Below, one piece after another: positions 33,123-47,169 of a DNA stretch of 64,000 nt. The notes below the pieces were generated by a model. It made no database searches. It saw nothing but the letters and a program-made list of their open reading frames with translations, and was not told where the DNA came from. The stretch's first letter is position 1. The number at the start of each line of letters is the position of its first letter. Made by a program: the position numbers and the translations under genes. Source of the stretch: Harriotta raleighana (Eukaryota). The stretch covers positions 373,724 to 437,723 of the forward strand of contig JBNZDD010013451.1 in the NCBI GenBank assembly GCA_050575255.1, written 5' to 3'.

Positions 33123-35689
33123 CGTTTTGTTGTATTTGCGTGGTTTTCATTTCATTATCCTGTCAGGAGGTTGTCTATTCACCTGTGGGTGCTGAGTGTG
33201 CATAAGCGCTCTGAGACGCCGTCCGGCGTGGAGGGGGCTGAATAAATCCAAGTTGTTGCTGTTGCTGTTTGAGGTGGGCTCGGGAAACAACGTTTTGACC
33301 TGGGCAGCTGGTAACAACGGCAGCAACTTGCATTTACGTCGCTCCCTTTACGCTCGGAAAGCTTCGACATCCGGTAGCGACAAGTGCGATCGTGGGTTAC
33401 GAGTTCCATGGTCGTTAATACAACCGGAGCAGATAAATTGAAGTAGATTTAACAGGAAATTGAACGGAACTTGTGCAGATGCATGACTCAGGCGATTATA
33501 CAGATCAGACTTTTGGGCGTGTTTTACTGTACTCGATCTCTGCTTTATCTCATGAATATTAGGTGTTATTCTATTATTTGACAATCGGAATAATGGATGG
33601 TTGTTGGTTATTGCTTTGGGGTCAAACAGGCCACAAATTTACATCCCCCAAATTTGTCGCACTGCAAAAAGCGATGCAAAATGTCAAACATATTGTGGGA
33701 CATCTCATTGTACACGTGTAAATGGAAAATCTTTCTATCTTCCGTTCATTCAGATTAATTCTCATCTAAAAACACAGGTGTTCTGCTCACCGTCAGTTTT
33801 TATTTCAACGAACAGACGTTGCCTTTGCATTGTTCACTAACGATTCACACAAACAAATATATATATATATATATATATAGTTAATATAAATACAGGTACA
33901 CTCTCATGCAAATCATGGCTTGTAGCTGGTGAGCTGCCCACCTGCAGAGATCTCAAGGTCACTTCACTTCACGGGATGCTCAGTGCGTCGCTTTGAAACG
34001 CCTCCAAGATACTGTAAGGCACTATATATCAAATGCAAGGATTATTTTGATGATGATTATTATTAAACTGCAAATATTGGTAACTTGCTCTCATCTATGA
34101 CCTGATATATGTAACGTGTGTGTGTGGAAAAAAAAACTTTTTAAAATTATATAATTTTTGTATAATCTTTGGGGACTAATTCTGTTATATCAGAAGAAGC
34201 AGAACTGTTAGAATTCCCGAGACAGACTACCTTTGAAGACTAATTTGCTTTCCAATGGCTTTGAAAGCACTTTTAGCAAATTATCTGAATAAAAAAATTG
34301 TCTGTCTCGTCTCATAGACGAGCATCTTTTTTTTTTCATATTTCCATCCACATTTATGTTCTTGTGTGAATGTAATATCAGCAGGTTCCATCACAATTAA
34401 TCTTCTGAAAAGCCTTTTTGTTGTGTGTGATGTAAAGATTATTGTCCTACAGTCTCGACACAAACGATTTATTGTAATTTTCCATCGCTGATTACTAAAG
34501 TGCAGAAATACCAGAGAACCTTAAAGCGTTTGAATAATAATCTGAGCAGAATCAGAATCTCAATTGAAATACATTTTGATATGCGTCGGGCAAGTTTCCT
34601 TACCTCCAACCGCCTCCGTTTACCGAGCAGTGAATAGACGCCCGGTTGTTAATCGATTTGACGGATCGCCTTTTCTGGTGGGTAACAATTCCTTCTAAAA
34701 AAAAATATATTACAGTCGTAACAAATTGGTCACTCACTCCACGACTGTTTGTGGGTCACCGCTGCGTGCAATTGGCTGTTCAGCTCTTGTCAGCTCCTTG
34801 GGACGCTCACGGCAATGCCACACAAACACCCGTGGAGTAAAAGTGACACAATTCTATTCCCAGTTCAAACGCCTCATCCGAAAGGAGTAAGAGTTCGCCT
34901 CCGGCTTCTGACGGTTGGAAGCTCGGAAAAAGAAACGGGACATTCGGGCCCATCTCAAGGCTGACTACATCTCGAAGCAGGAAAAACCCTTTGGTAAAGC
35001 GCCTTTGCACATCACCGAGAACGTCTCAAAGCGTCTCCAAACAATCCGCAGGATTTTTTCCCGTGAAGTTTTGTGACTGCGTGGGGTGAAATGATGCCAT
35101 CGGTTGTAACAACTGAGCCCAGGGTCTGAGTAGTAACAGAGACAAGGAGGGCCCACATTCTGTCTGCCGCGATTCAAGGCTCCCAGCAGTTCGTTCGTGT
35201 GTGACAGCGTGAAATGAATACTCGGGACAGACGCTGCAAGGCACACAAGCCAGTCGAGGGGGTTCTGATAACACAGATAACCGCTCTCAGCCTTGCCCAC
35301 AGTCTCGCAGCTCACGATCCGGTAATTTGTTAGGGTCTGTGACAAGGCACAGTCTACTTATAGACACCCTCCTCGCTTCAAAACAACGCTCATTAAAAGC
35401 AAATGTACCCAAAGGACCCATGGGGGCAATGCGTCTTTGCCCTTTCGAGTTACGCACAGTCACTCCACTTGCCAGTGAAACCCATTGCGTTCTCCGACCG
35501 CGCGTTAAAGGATCGTTAATGTGGCTTCCATTCCATCTCTGACATTGCCTGATCTTGACTATGTCTGAGTGGGCGGGAGGGAGGAGAGGGTGGAGGGGGT
35601 GGGGGGGGGGGGGCGGGGGTGATGGGTGATGGGGATGGGGAGTTTGTTCACCCATCGCTTTCTCAAGCCACTCAATCCAATGACTGTTT

Positions 35690-35895
35690 AATAATAATAA
35701 TAATAATACTAATACTAATAATCCTTGCATTTTGATCTAGCGCTTTTTCACGTCCTATCGCCATCTCAGAAGCGCTTCACAGAATATTACTGTAAAGTGA
35801 ATCGACTGTGATATTTTGTGGGCGAAAATTGGCGGTAGCCAATTGCCCCACAAACAGTGGTGGATTGAAAAGGACCAATTTCTATTATTGTGGGG
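35690..35895 (-). mobile_element. SINE 3' half
   Basis: (AAT)n tail and body motifs. Confidence 0.8.
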
Positions 35896-36504
35896 AGGTT
35901 TTATATAACCTTTTAACACAAAGCATCTCAGTTGCAGAGGCTGAGAGGTGCCAGTAGGAGGTTCCTTTGAATGTGATCCATTGACTGTGTGAGTCCATTC
36001 AGTCCGCAGTCTGCTCAGGGGTTTTGTTGTGTAAGGAATGCAATTGAAAATTTCTCGGGCTCCAAGATACAAGACATACACACACATACACACTCACATC
36101 ACCAGAGCTGTACAGAGAAACACTAGAGAGAGAGAGAAGAGATCTAGACACAAGCCAGCATCCCACACATACACACACACACACACACACACAAAAACAG
36201 ACTACAAAAAAAAGAGGGTGGGGAGAAATCACAGGAGAGAGAGAGAGAGCAAATTGAAATATTATCTATTTTGTTTTTTTTCTATTATGATATCATTGTT
36301 TGTTGCATTGGCAGGATTCACCCACAGCTAACCTCCTTTTGTAGATCTTTCATGAATGTGTTTGGGAGCAAAGTTGTGCTGAGTGTGAAAATCAATCCAT
36401 ACATTGAGAGCCCAGCTGAACCCAAAGAAAGGGGTGGAAGGAAGGGAATCAGAGCCAAGAGAGAGGATGTGAGCTTTAAACGGGACAAACATTCAGTCAC
36501 TGTA

Positions 36505-36885
36505 TCAGTGAGTTGTGTGTGTGTGTCTCAGTGAGTGTGTGTGTGTATCAGTGAGTAAGTGTGTGTGTATGTGTGTGTCAGTGAGTGTGTGTGTGTCAGT
36601 GAGTGAGTATGTGTGTATGTGAATATCAGTGAGTATTGTANAGTGAGTTGTGTGTGTGTGTCTCAGTGAGTGTGTGTGTGTATCAGTGAGTGAGTGTGTG
36701 TGTATGTGTGTGTCAGTGAGTGAGTGTGTGTCAGTGAGTGTGTGTGTCAGTGAGTGAGTATGTGTGTGTGTGAATATCAGTGAGTATTGTATGTGTTTGT
36801 CAGTGAGTGAGTATGTGAGTGTGTGTGTGTGTGAATATCAGTGAGTGTGTGTGTGTGTGTCAGTGAGTGAGTATGTGAGTGTGAT
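36505..36885. repeat. Degenerate TCAGTGAG(TG)n satellite immediately upstream of the KIF19 ATG
   Basis: Many variable-length units; partly duplicated at the n at 36641. Confidence 0.85.
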
Positions 36886-36957
36886 GCTGCCCACTCTGTC
36901 TTTGGGACCCATTGCCATGCTACAGGTGCCTGGCATTTGAACCCATTGCCTGCAAAC

Positions 36958-36996
36958 ATGAAGGACGCTGCCGAATCCAAAGACCAACAGCTCACA
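36958..36996 (+). CDS. KIF19: Kinesin family member 19, first coding exon
   Basis: AACATGAAG; encodes MKDAAESKDQQLT (recalled human MKDSGDSKDQQLM); ACA|GTAAGT donor. Confidence 0.88.
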
Positions 36997-37131
36997 GTAA
37001 GTTCTTTCCTGTGTTGTTGTTGTTTTTTAGATTGCAAAACATGAAGNAAAGACCAACAGCTCACAGTAAGTTCTTTCCTGTGTTGTTGTTGTTTTTTTTT
37101 ATATTGCAAAACATGAAGGACACACACATAG

Positions 37132-37162
<31 letters not shown>

Positions 37163-37974
37163 AAAACACCGCACTCACACACTCACTCACCTTGGCAAAG
37201 CAACTGACGTTCAAATAGCTATTTGCTTTCCCCTGCTTGTTGCGTTTGCTTTAAATAAAAGAGAAGAAGATAGAAAAGCAAATGGAGAGACTGCAAAGCT
37301 GTTTGCTTAGGTGAACTGAATTCACACACAGTCACTGCACTTTACTGTCTGTTCTGTGACGCATCTTGAGACGTCTCGACGACGCGATAAGTCACTGGAT
37401 CAAACGCAAGCATTATTATTATTTGACTGAATCAATTTGCTTCATTGCATGGTGGGGTACATTAATTACTATTATTATTATTTTGGGGTGGTGTGGGGGA
37501 CACACATGTGTAGAGGCCAAACTTTGACTGGATTGTAATTCTGTATAGTGCAAATAATAAGACTAATAATCATCCTTGCATTTGATATCGCGCCTTATCG
37601 GGTCGTCGAGACGTCTGAAAGTGTATCGTAAACTGGATTGACTGAGTAATTTAATGGGCGATATATCCGGAAATCGGGTGAGTTGTTTGCATGGATTTGT
37701 AAAAAAAAAATCTGTCTGTACCAAATACGTACATCGCTGCATTGTACCACAAAGTAAACTTGGTACTCGAACACACAAAGAAGCTTTGCAACGGTGGGTG
37801 GGGTGGAGTAAAACTTTGTGTGTATGTGTGTGTGTGTGTCAGCGAGATGTTTGCGAAATGATACTGGTTTCTTCGTTTTATTCCTGTTCAAAACCTTTGC
37901 GAGAGTGATCGAATGTGACGGCAGATCTCTCCTGAATTTTCACAAAGGAGGTGAATATTGGAAAATATTCTATA

Positions 37975-38290
37975 GAGTCCTATAGCTCAGTGGTTAGAGC
38001 GCTCGCCTTACAAGCGTGAGACCTGTGTTCGAATCCAGGCACGTCAAGGCGAAACCTTGGGCAAGTTTCCTCACTCCACACACACGCCTGATAATATTAA
38101 AAAAAACACAATAATAAAATTAGTCATTTCAATCCACGACTGTTTGTGGGGACGCTGCTGTTCCCAATTGGCTGCCGCATTTCGCCCACAAATATACAGT
38201 CAATTCACTTTACAGTATATTCTGTGAAGTGTTTTGAGATGTCTAGAAGACATGAAAAGCGCTATATCAANTACAAGGATTCTTATTAAT
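37975..38290 (+). mobile_element. SINE, full-length reference-like copy
   Basis: GAGTCCTATAGCTCAGTGGTTAGAGCGCTCGCC...GTGTTCGAATCC (A/B boxes), body, AATTGGCTGCCGC core, tail. Confidence 0.9.
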
Positions 38291-38809
38291 CTCCTGGCCG
38301 CATGTATTTATGTAGTTACTCATATGGCTAACTCATCAATCTGGATAACTCAAACTGAACTGTTTTCTCTGGGAGTAATGAGTTAAAGGGGCTTTACTGT
38401 ACACTCAGTACTACTTACAGTATTTGATCCTCAGTTGGTATTAGTCCAATGTGTGTGTGTGAGTGTGTGTGTGTGTGTGTGTTTTCTCCAAGGAGTGTAG
38501 AGTTGAGTTGGCAGGCCAGTCTGGCAAATTGAATGTTTTGACGTTGTCATTATGGCCTCAATGAAAGTGTTTCTAGACCTTGTTCCGTTTGTTTACAAAT
38601 CGCACGCTACGGAGACGTAATTTGCGCTGAATTGCAACCGAAAACGTTGTTCTCCGAATGATGTTGGCCTCAGCTTTGGAGGCCCATTTGCGTTTGAAAC
38701 ATCAGAAGCAGGGGCACAACTTCCTGATCAGCCAGCACTTTACGCAGTAGGGTTTTCTCTCCCGCCCCACCCTCCAGTTCATTCTGGTTAATGTGGATTT
38801 TTCATTGAA

Positions 38810-39075
38810 ACAACAAACAAATCACATTTGTACAGAGCCTTTTTGGTTTCCACGTCAGGAGGAATGTCCCAAGTGGTCGGATAGTCATGGATTTGCACTC
38901 GAGTTGGGGATTGTGATCAGGGAGGGTGGAGGGCGAGGAAGGTGGGACTAGATGATGGGACTGTGAGGTGGAGTTCCAATGGGGGTGGGGGGGGGTGGGG
39001 GGTGGGCGGAAGAAACGCTGAAGGCTCATCTGCAGAGAATGCGGGGGACGTGAAGCAGGTCACAGCCCCCTGAGC
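38810..39075 (-). mobile_element. L2 LINE 3' fragment
   Basis: L2 tail CACGTCAGGAGGAATGTCCCAAG and ORF2-end-like minus-strand sequence. Confidence 0.55.
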
Positions 39076-39789
39076 GGAGGGGTTTGATAATTGATCATCA
39101 CTTTGAATTATAAAAAGCAATTGTGTTTCGCAGCGTTAGTGTTAATAAGTAGAATTTGTCTTAGAACACTCTCCGCACAATTGGATCTGGCATCTGCAAC
39201 TTGCAGTGATTTCCCAGAACTAGCTAAATAGATTCCTCATCTAAACACTGTCAGCTAAATAGATTCCTCATTTACATTTGTGTTTGTTAGTTGAAATCAA
39301 TCGACAAAGACTTTAGCTACCCTGAAAGGTGAAAACAAGCCTCCAGTTACATCTCATGAATGTGTACTTCCCAACTAAAATGTTCTTCAATTAATATGTT
39401 GCCATTAAAAGTGCGGAATAATGAACATTGCTGACATAAATGACTGCTTTGTTGAAATGCGCATCCTAATGATGCAATTCAGGTTTTTTTTTGATATCTT
39501 GATGCTCAGTTTCATATGGTTCAGTTTGGGTCATGTCAGTGGAATTAAATCCTCCATTTAGTGCACACTTCTTAAGTATAATTTACAGCTGAAATATGCT
39601 GGCAATTAATTATCTGTTCTTTCTGTCTGGAAAATGCTCTCTAAAAACTAACATCCCAATTAGTTGCATGTCTAAAAGAATTATGGATTATTTTGGCCAA
39701 TCCACCGTTTTTTTTGTCATGTGATGAATTAAACGAAGCGAGGATGTGAATCACTGTCTCTCTGTGTAGACAATATTAGATAGAAAATG

Positions 39790-39995
39790 AATAATAATAA
39801 TCCTTGCATTTGGTATTGCGCTTTTCATGTCTTCCAGATGTTTCAAAGAGCTTCAGGTCAAAATGACCAATTTTTTTTGAGGGATTATTATTATTAGGCG
39901 TGTGGAGTAAGGAAACTTTCCCAAGGTTTCGTCCTGTCTGGAATTGAACCCAGGTCTTTTGCTTGTAAAGCGAGTGCTCGAACTACTGAGCTACT
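39790..39995 (-). mobile_element. SINE with internal deletion
   Basis: Tail joined directly to body and head. Confidence 0.8.
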
Positions 39996-40670
39996 AGATC
40001 TAGTATATTAGACTCAAGAGACTAAATTAATAGCCCACGAGAGATATGGTTTCCAGGCTAGTTGTGTACACCAACTTCAGTTGAATGTTTGGAGAATTGG
40101 CTGTTTTTCTTTTGACGTGTGTTATTTGAACAGTGGTTCCTCAAAATTTGTTCTTAACTTTTGCTCGGTTTATTTAGGTTTATTCGGGGCTGTGCGGACA
40201 TGCCAATGTGTGTGTTTGGCGGCTGGTATTCAGATGTGTAATGTAGGGGTGCAGTCATACAGTGTTGTTTTAGTTTGGCTGAAAGGAAAGCAGAGTGGGA
40301 CTGGCTGCTATTTCCATGATGGGTTAGTGTTGGGTTGGGTTACTGGATGTAAGGGGTTTCTATGGGATTTATCCAGCAGCTTTGATTGTGGTTGGATATG
40401 AGGCAATTCGTGCATCTCATGCAGTTTTTCCTTCCCTTCAACCTCCCTGATACCAGTATGTGAACATCAGTAAAGCAGTTTGTTTAAATATTCAATGCAA
40501 GTACAGTCAATTAATATAACGGTATATTCTGTGAGGTTGTTTATTTCCTGAAGACTGTGAGATCCAGTTGTGTTTCCAGCACTGTGGAAAGTCTGGTCTT
40601 TCTGTCTGGCTAACGCGTTATCTTCTGTGTAAGGTTTTTAATGACTTTCCTTTCACATCAATTTTGCCAG

Positions 40671-40751
40671 GTGGCCCTTCGTATCCGGCCCCTCAATGAA
40701 GCCGAGGTGGAGGACGGAGCCACAATCATCGCTCACAAAGTGGATGAGCAG
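40671..40751 (+). CDS. KIF19: KIF19 coding exon 2
   Basis: GCCAG| ... CAG|GTCAGA; encodes VALRIRPLNEAEVEDGATIIAHKVDEQ (start of the kinesin motor domain). Confidence 0.94.
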
Positions 40752-43700
40752 GTCAGAAATCACCAAGAGATTCTCTTTCCCCTCCGAGCCCTTTTTGTTC
40801 GTCCATTCGTTTGCTCTCTCTGGCGCCAATAACTTTGAAATTGCACAAAACACTCTGCCACTAATTACTACAACAACAATAACAACAAAACTACATTTAT
40901 AGAGATTTTATATATATATATACAATTACTATCAAATATAGTGGCTGTGCAAACATTCCAGCCACACTAGTAATGATATAATAGTAATCGTTGCCTTTGA
41001 TACAGCACCTTATCACATCTCCAAGATGTCTTAAAAGCGCTTCACAATATACTGTAAAGTGAATACTTTGCGGGCGAAACAGGGCAGCCAAATTGCGCAC
41101 AGCAGCGTCCCACAAACAGTCGTGCGTTGAATCAGACTAAGCGTAATTGTACCAACAGTGAAGGAGTGAAAAAAACACACACACCGGGAGATGGGAGAAG
41201 AGGGAGTAAGGAGTAAGAGGGGTCTATTCTTAAAGGGAATGTACCACATGAAAGGATTACAAGATTCGAATCAGATTTGCCTCCAGTCGCAAAGCTATGT
41301 GGCGTAAATCGTAACTATCTGATCGCTTTGAGCTTGTGTTGAGAGAGGAGGAGGCGTGGGTGTGGGTGGAAATTTCTGTTTTGTCGGACCGTATGTTAGG
41401 AGCCGTTGTTGTATTAATCAGGGAATTATGTCATGACAGATCACAGGCGACTGAGTGTCTCGTCTATATTCTATTACATCCTTTTTTGTTCCCCCCCCAC
41501 ATCCTCGCCAGGTCTAAACACCTGAGCCCAGAGCCACACCAGGGATTAGTTTGTTGCTACTCCTTAGAGTAACAGATAAATCTCGGACAGAATTGATGGG
41601 TTGGCCAGAGTCTGCCATCTGTGGGTGATCACTGTGCGACTCAACGGATTAGGTTTGCATAAGAACAAAATCCTACCTTGAAAGGCTTTCCGCGTGCGTC
41701 GTCAGCAACATTTGATTTATCCTCATTACTTTATCTTTGCTGAATCTTACTTTGTCAGATTTATCTCTCGGTCATAGTTTATTGTCTATTATTTGCACGG
41801 CCTGTATATCATATTAAACACAGTACCTTTATTTAAAGGCGCCATATCAAATGCAAGGATTATTGTGGTTTCACGGCCTAAACGTTTGGGGGATCAATTT
41901 AAAGATGCCTTCAAGTGATGTCATTGCTGAAGGTGTAAGTCAGATGTCAGCTGCCTGTCGTTGGATTCAGCTCGGAGTTCAGTGGTGGGGGGTGATCGCT
42001 AAATGAGGCTTTCAATAGCTGCACAGCACACAAGGACTGACTGAACCCTGCATATCTTTGCTGTGTACAGTTCTGACTGAATCCTGGTCTCATTAATGTT
42101 AATCCTAATGAATCTGGACTCTGTTGTGTTGCCCCAGTATGCGCCAACGTGATTGGCACCTCTGTTCTTCGTGAAACGCTCTTGTTTACCTCTCGGCTGT
42201 TCATAGGGACACTGAATGCTGACAATGAAGGTGGGCATTGTTTGTGCAATACACCACCAGAAGTGTTGTCTTTCCCCGTGAATGTTTGAGCGAAGGTGGG
42301 GGTTTGGGGAGGGGGCGGGAACTTTTTCTATGCAATATTTTTGTTTATTTGTGCGCAAGGCAGGCGTGATCTCAGAGGCCAACAGAGAAGATTATGGGAG
42401 TCGAGGTTGCGAATCGTAATGAGGAAATCAGGAAGGCTTTCATGCATTTGATTTGCGTGCTCTGCTCAATCCGGATTAGAGGCTTGATTCACATGTTTCC
42501 AGATTTGATTGTGACGGGTTGTGTTGTGTTACAATGGGAGGGAGTTCATGTTCGGGAGAACAGAACAGATGCGACAGTATTGTGTACGGGTGCTTAAATC
42601 TTACACTAAATCAGTCGCTTTCGCCAATCTAGACTCACCCTCTAAATGTGTCATTCACAGCAGCTTTAGTTACTCACAATCAGCAGAAATAGACAGACTG
42701 GTACACCTCAACAGTTATTAAAGCAGTTAACTTGGATTCTGCCCAAACCAATTAAATGCCACAAAGCCTCGTCTCCTATTCGCATCACCCCACATGTCGC
42801 CTGCAATATCAATGTGCCATTAATTTCTTCACTTCCATGCTCTGGCCGTCTCGTAAATTAGTCTGTGTCCTGACAGCAGAGTAGGATTCGGGTTCAGGAT
42901 CCTGCCTTTGATTTCCCAACTTGCCAACGAGAGAGAGGATGCCTTTGAGCAGTTCAACCCTTGGCTTGGCTCAACATCAAGTGGGAATTCATGTTTCAAA
43001 AACCAGTCCCACAGACCCCAATCATTATAGTTCTCTCCATTTTATCACAAATATTTAAGGTGTGGTGGGTGGTGGTGGTGGTGGTGGGATGGGGGACATT
43101 GAAATGGTACTCACTTCCTTAATCATAATCTTCGCATTGATATAGTGCTTTTCACGTCTTATCGACGTCTCAAAAGAGCTTCACGGAATATAGCGTGAAG
43201 GGAATTGACTGTCTCCAGTATTTGTGGGTGATTTTCAGAATAATATCTACACCTGGGAACGTTTTGACTGAAATCGGAACCGGCCGTTGGAAGTTGGTAA
43301 GAGGCTTTAAACAGGAGAACAATCCTGTGGGGAGTCAATGTCATTGTTCAACGGGATGTCAGCTGTAAGCCTTTTGTTCCTCTTGTAGGTGGCGTTTTGA
43401 TTCCGATTCGAGTTCTCTTAACATCCTTTGCCAGTAAAGGAGGGGCAGACAGTGAGACTGAGAACATTGCGCTTTGGGAACTCGCATGAACGGAAGGGCG
43501 ACTTTTTAATGTGTCATAACCACAAAGTTTGCACAGGAGAGTTTTCCCAACACTCACCAGCAGACAGATACTTCGGCCCAGCATCAATGTAACCATAGAC
43601 GCTACTTTTTGAGTAACTCTGCAGGGTCTCTGGTGGGACTGTGTCCTGGTTTTCAGCGGGCGTGAGGTTTAAGAGTCTGTGTCGGATCTCTTACTCGAGT

Positions 43701-45477
43701 TGGGAATGCCATCGTGGAAGTCCATGCCCATACTCAGGTTTTGCGTCAACTGTCACAAATGATGGCAACTGGGGAAGAGTCAGGAGCTGATCACAGACAC
43801 CACCGAACGTCTCATGGTATCTNGTGAGGTTTAAGAGTCTGTGTCGGATCTCTTACTCGAGTTGGGAATGCCATCGTGGAAGTGGAANACTGTGTCCTGG
43901 TTTTCAGCGGGCGTGAGGTTTAAGAGTCTGTGTCGGATCTCTTACTCGAGTTGGGAATGCCATCGTGGAAGTGGAAGTCACAAATGATGGCAACTGGGGA
44001 AGAGTCAGGAGCTGATCACAGACACCACCGAACGTCTCATGGTATCTCCTTTAGAAATGGCTAAAATTATATCACGATAATAATGTATAATAATAATAAT
44101 AAAAATCCTTGCATTTGATATAGCGCTTTTCACGTCTTCTTAGACGTCTCAAAGCGCTTCATAGAATATAGTGTGAAGTGAAGTGACTGGACTGTATATT
44201 GGTGACCAATTTTATGATTGTGGGTTTTTTTTTTGGGGGGGAGGGATTATTATTAGTNTCCTTTAGAAATGGCTAAAATTATATCACGATAATAATGTAT
44301 AATAATAAAAATAAAAATCCTTGCATTTGATATAGCGCTTTTCACGCCTTCTTAGACGTCTCAAAGCGCTTCATAGAATATAGTGTGAAGTGAAGTGACT
44401 GGACTGTATATTGGTGACCAATTTTATGATTGTGGGTTTTTTTTTTGGGAGGGAGGGATTATTATTAGAAGGTGTGTGGAGTAAGAAAACTTGCCCAAGC
44501 TATAGACACCCACACACTGTATCTCTGTGTACATGCTACATGTGTATTCAGCAACTACTTTAACACTGCAAAAATGAGGATGTGTGTTTGGGGAAATGAA
44601 TGAAGGTTGGGAGTTCCTGTGTTCAGAGATGTACACCAGGAGAAATCAAGAAAGGAATGGTTTACTTTAGTGCGGAGAAAGGGAGGGAGAGGAATTGCAG
44701 ACTTCTGGAGAAAGCCAGTGACTGTCTTGGGATTCTTGAAGAATCCTAAGGTAGAATTCAGAACCTGATCGTTCGGAGGAGCTGTCGCCTAGAGATAGTC
44801 AGTCGTCGCACTTGATGTCAACAACCTGCGAGGCGTGACATTATAGATCAAATGCAAGGATTATTCCGCTTTATCGTCAGTGTTTCTGCTCTTCAGATAC
44901 TGTTGCAGTAATAAGCCTTCAGCGGGCATAGTCAGCTCCCAATTTCAGACCTTCAAACTGAGCACCTCCGTGTACTTTCCGATGGATTCATTGCCTATTC
45001 AACCAGTTTGATTGTGAGTAAACGTAGAGCCGGAATAAAGTCCTTTACACTAACTGGGGTAACCTATGAGTTCGATGCACTGTCAAAGAAGCCGCCGACC
45101 ATTGCAAGAAGGAAATCATTGACCCACGACGCCTCTGTTTTGTGTCCCTGGGTACATTGCCCTGTTTCACCACTCAATTGCTGCCCAAGCCATTGATTAA
45201 TCACTGACCGCTTTGGATGAACGATCATTAAGAGTCACAGAGCAACTTAATGAAACCCCGTCTCTTGGGAGGTATCATCCTGGTATTTACTTACCAGGCT
45301 GATAATTCCCGTTACAGTTAAATGGAAGGACTCTGTTAAATTTGTTGAGAAAATGAGCTGAACGCGGAGTGTTACTCACTGAAGTCGGTCACGGTGCCCT
45401 TGCCTTATACTACACAATATCTACCTCAGCGATATATTCAGATTTGGAAGCTCCATGAAAATGTCTAAACGCTTTTA

Positions 45478-45752
45478 ATGATAAGCCTTGCGTTTGATAT
45501 AGCGCTCTGCACGTCTTCTAGACGTCTCAAAAGCGCTTCACAGAATAAACTGTAAAGTGAATTGACTATATTTGTGGGCAAAATACGGCAGTGTACCCAC
45601 AAACAGTCGTGGATTCAAATGACCAATTTTTTTTTTTGAGGGATTGTTGTCAGGCGTGTGGAGTAAGGAAGCAAGTTTCACCCTGCTTGGTATCGAACCC
45701 CGGTATCTCACTTGTTGTGAGGCGAGTGCTCTAACCACTGAGCTACAGGATT
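45478..45752 (-). mobile_element. SINE
   Basis: Tail through head GCGAGTGCTCTAACCACTGAGCTACAGGA. Confidence 0.85.
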
Positions 45753-47169
45753 CCACTTTTGTTCCCACACAAACCAAAGAATATTGATTTTGCTTTTTTT
45801 TTTAACGGAAATGTTTCATGGCCGCAACTCTCATTGATGACAGCACTGTCCAAACAGAAAGCTCATCGTTCGGCTTGGANAAGTTTCACCCTGCTTGGTA
45901 TCGAACCCCGGTATCTCACTTGTTGTGAGGAGAGTGCTCTAATCACTGAGCTACATGTTCCCACACAGACCAAAGAATATTGATTTTGCTTTTTTTTTTT
46001 AACGGAAATGTTTTTCATGGCCGCAACGCTCATTGATGACAGCACTGTCCAAACAGAAAGCTCATCGTTCGGCTTGGGCATCTGAGAGCTGAGGCACCAG
46101 TGAGTTCTGAAATCACCTCGGTGAATCAGTCTTTCTTTCAGCAAGAAATGTTTCGAGTCGTAAGGGTTCAAAAAGATAAAGAGTTTCCCCCAGTGTTGTG
46201 GCCGACAAATCCCCACAGATAAAATTGGTTCTTGACCTCACGACTGTTTGTAGGTATTTTGCTAGGCACGAATTATCTGCCGTGTACACCTGCAAAATGC
46301 AGTCACTACACTTTTAACGAAAGTCCTGCGAAGCATTTTTGAAATGTTCGGACGTGAAAGTGTTTATATCAACGGGCAAGGATTTTTTTATCACTATTAT
46401 TATTATTATGTACTCTGCGTTGATCAGCGCTAAAGCCTGTTTCATGCTTAACAGTTGAGAACTGTCCATTTGTAGAACTTGGAAGTTTTAGCTACTTCCA
46501 ATTTCTGCTTGTTGGAGTCTCTTTGCCTGGAATAAAAATTGATCATTTGTCGGTTTGTCGGGACATTGCTGCGGTCAAATTAGCTGCTGTGTTCACCCAT
46601 AAAACCCACATTATTATTAAAAGAGGGGGTGTGGGGGGGAAATGCAGGTGTTTGGGTGAAGAGGGGGAGAGGGGGCTGGGCGGGAGAATTGGGAAATGAA
46701 TTGATATAATGAAAATATTTTTGCAGTGTTCTGTCGAAGGTTCGATGATGGAAACAAGGATATTCCGGAGATTTGCTGAAATGTACCTTGGCAGGTTATG
46801 AAGCCATTTTTTTGTTTTATTGCAGAATGTAATAACCCGTTATGAGCAACGGAGATGTGAAATTAATCTTCGGATGACAGGGAGCTGTGTGTGTGTGGGT
46901 AACAAAGCTTCTATTTAGTCAAAGGTCTGCGTTCTGAAAAACAGGAACAGAGAGTGACTCTGCAAAAAAAAAATCCCTTTCGTTTCATCAAAGCCTTTCA
47001 GTCAGAAACCGAAGAGAAGAATACATGGGTTCTGTTATGATGGGAAACAAATCTGATTGATGTCAAATGTTACAATATTTGATATGGAGTAGATAATGTC
47101 AGTAAAAAGTATTGAAGCACAAGGGGGCAACTCAGTCGGAGATAAAGGGCATCGGGGAGTTTCTGCAAA

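Noticed and set aside
36978-37100. Apparent duplicate of the KIF19 exon 1 3' end and donor
   Set aside because: The second copy begins right after an n (37047) and lacks an intact start, so it is an assembly overlap artefact.
37975-38050. tRNA gene-like sequences (also near 6505, 26286, 56363, 57748)
   Set aside because: A/B boxes run directly into the SINE body and tail, so these are SINE heads rather than tRNA genes.
43635-46080. Several direct duplications (around 43823, 43888, 44258, 45880)
   Set aside because: Each is anchored on a single n. The same artefact occurs near 22782, 25817, 29268, 47417, 48117, 54174, 57894 and 59299.
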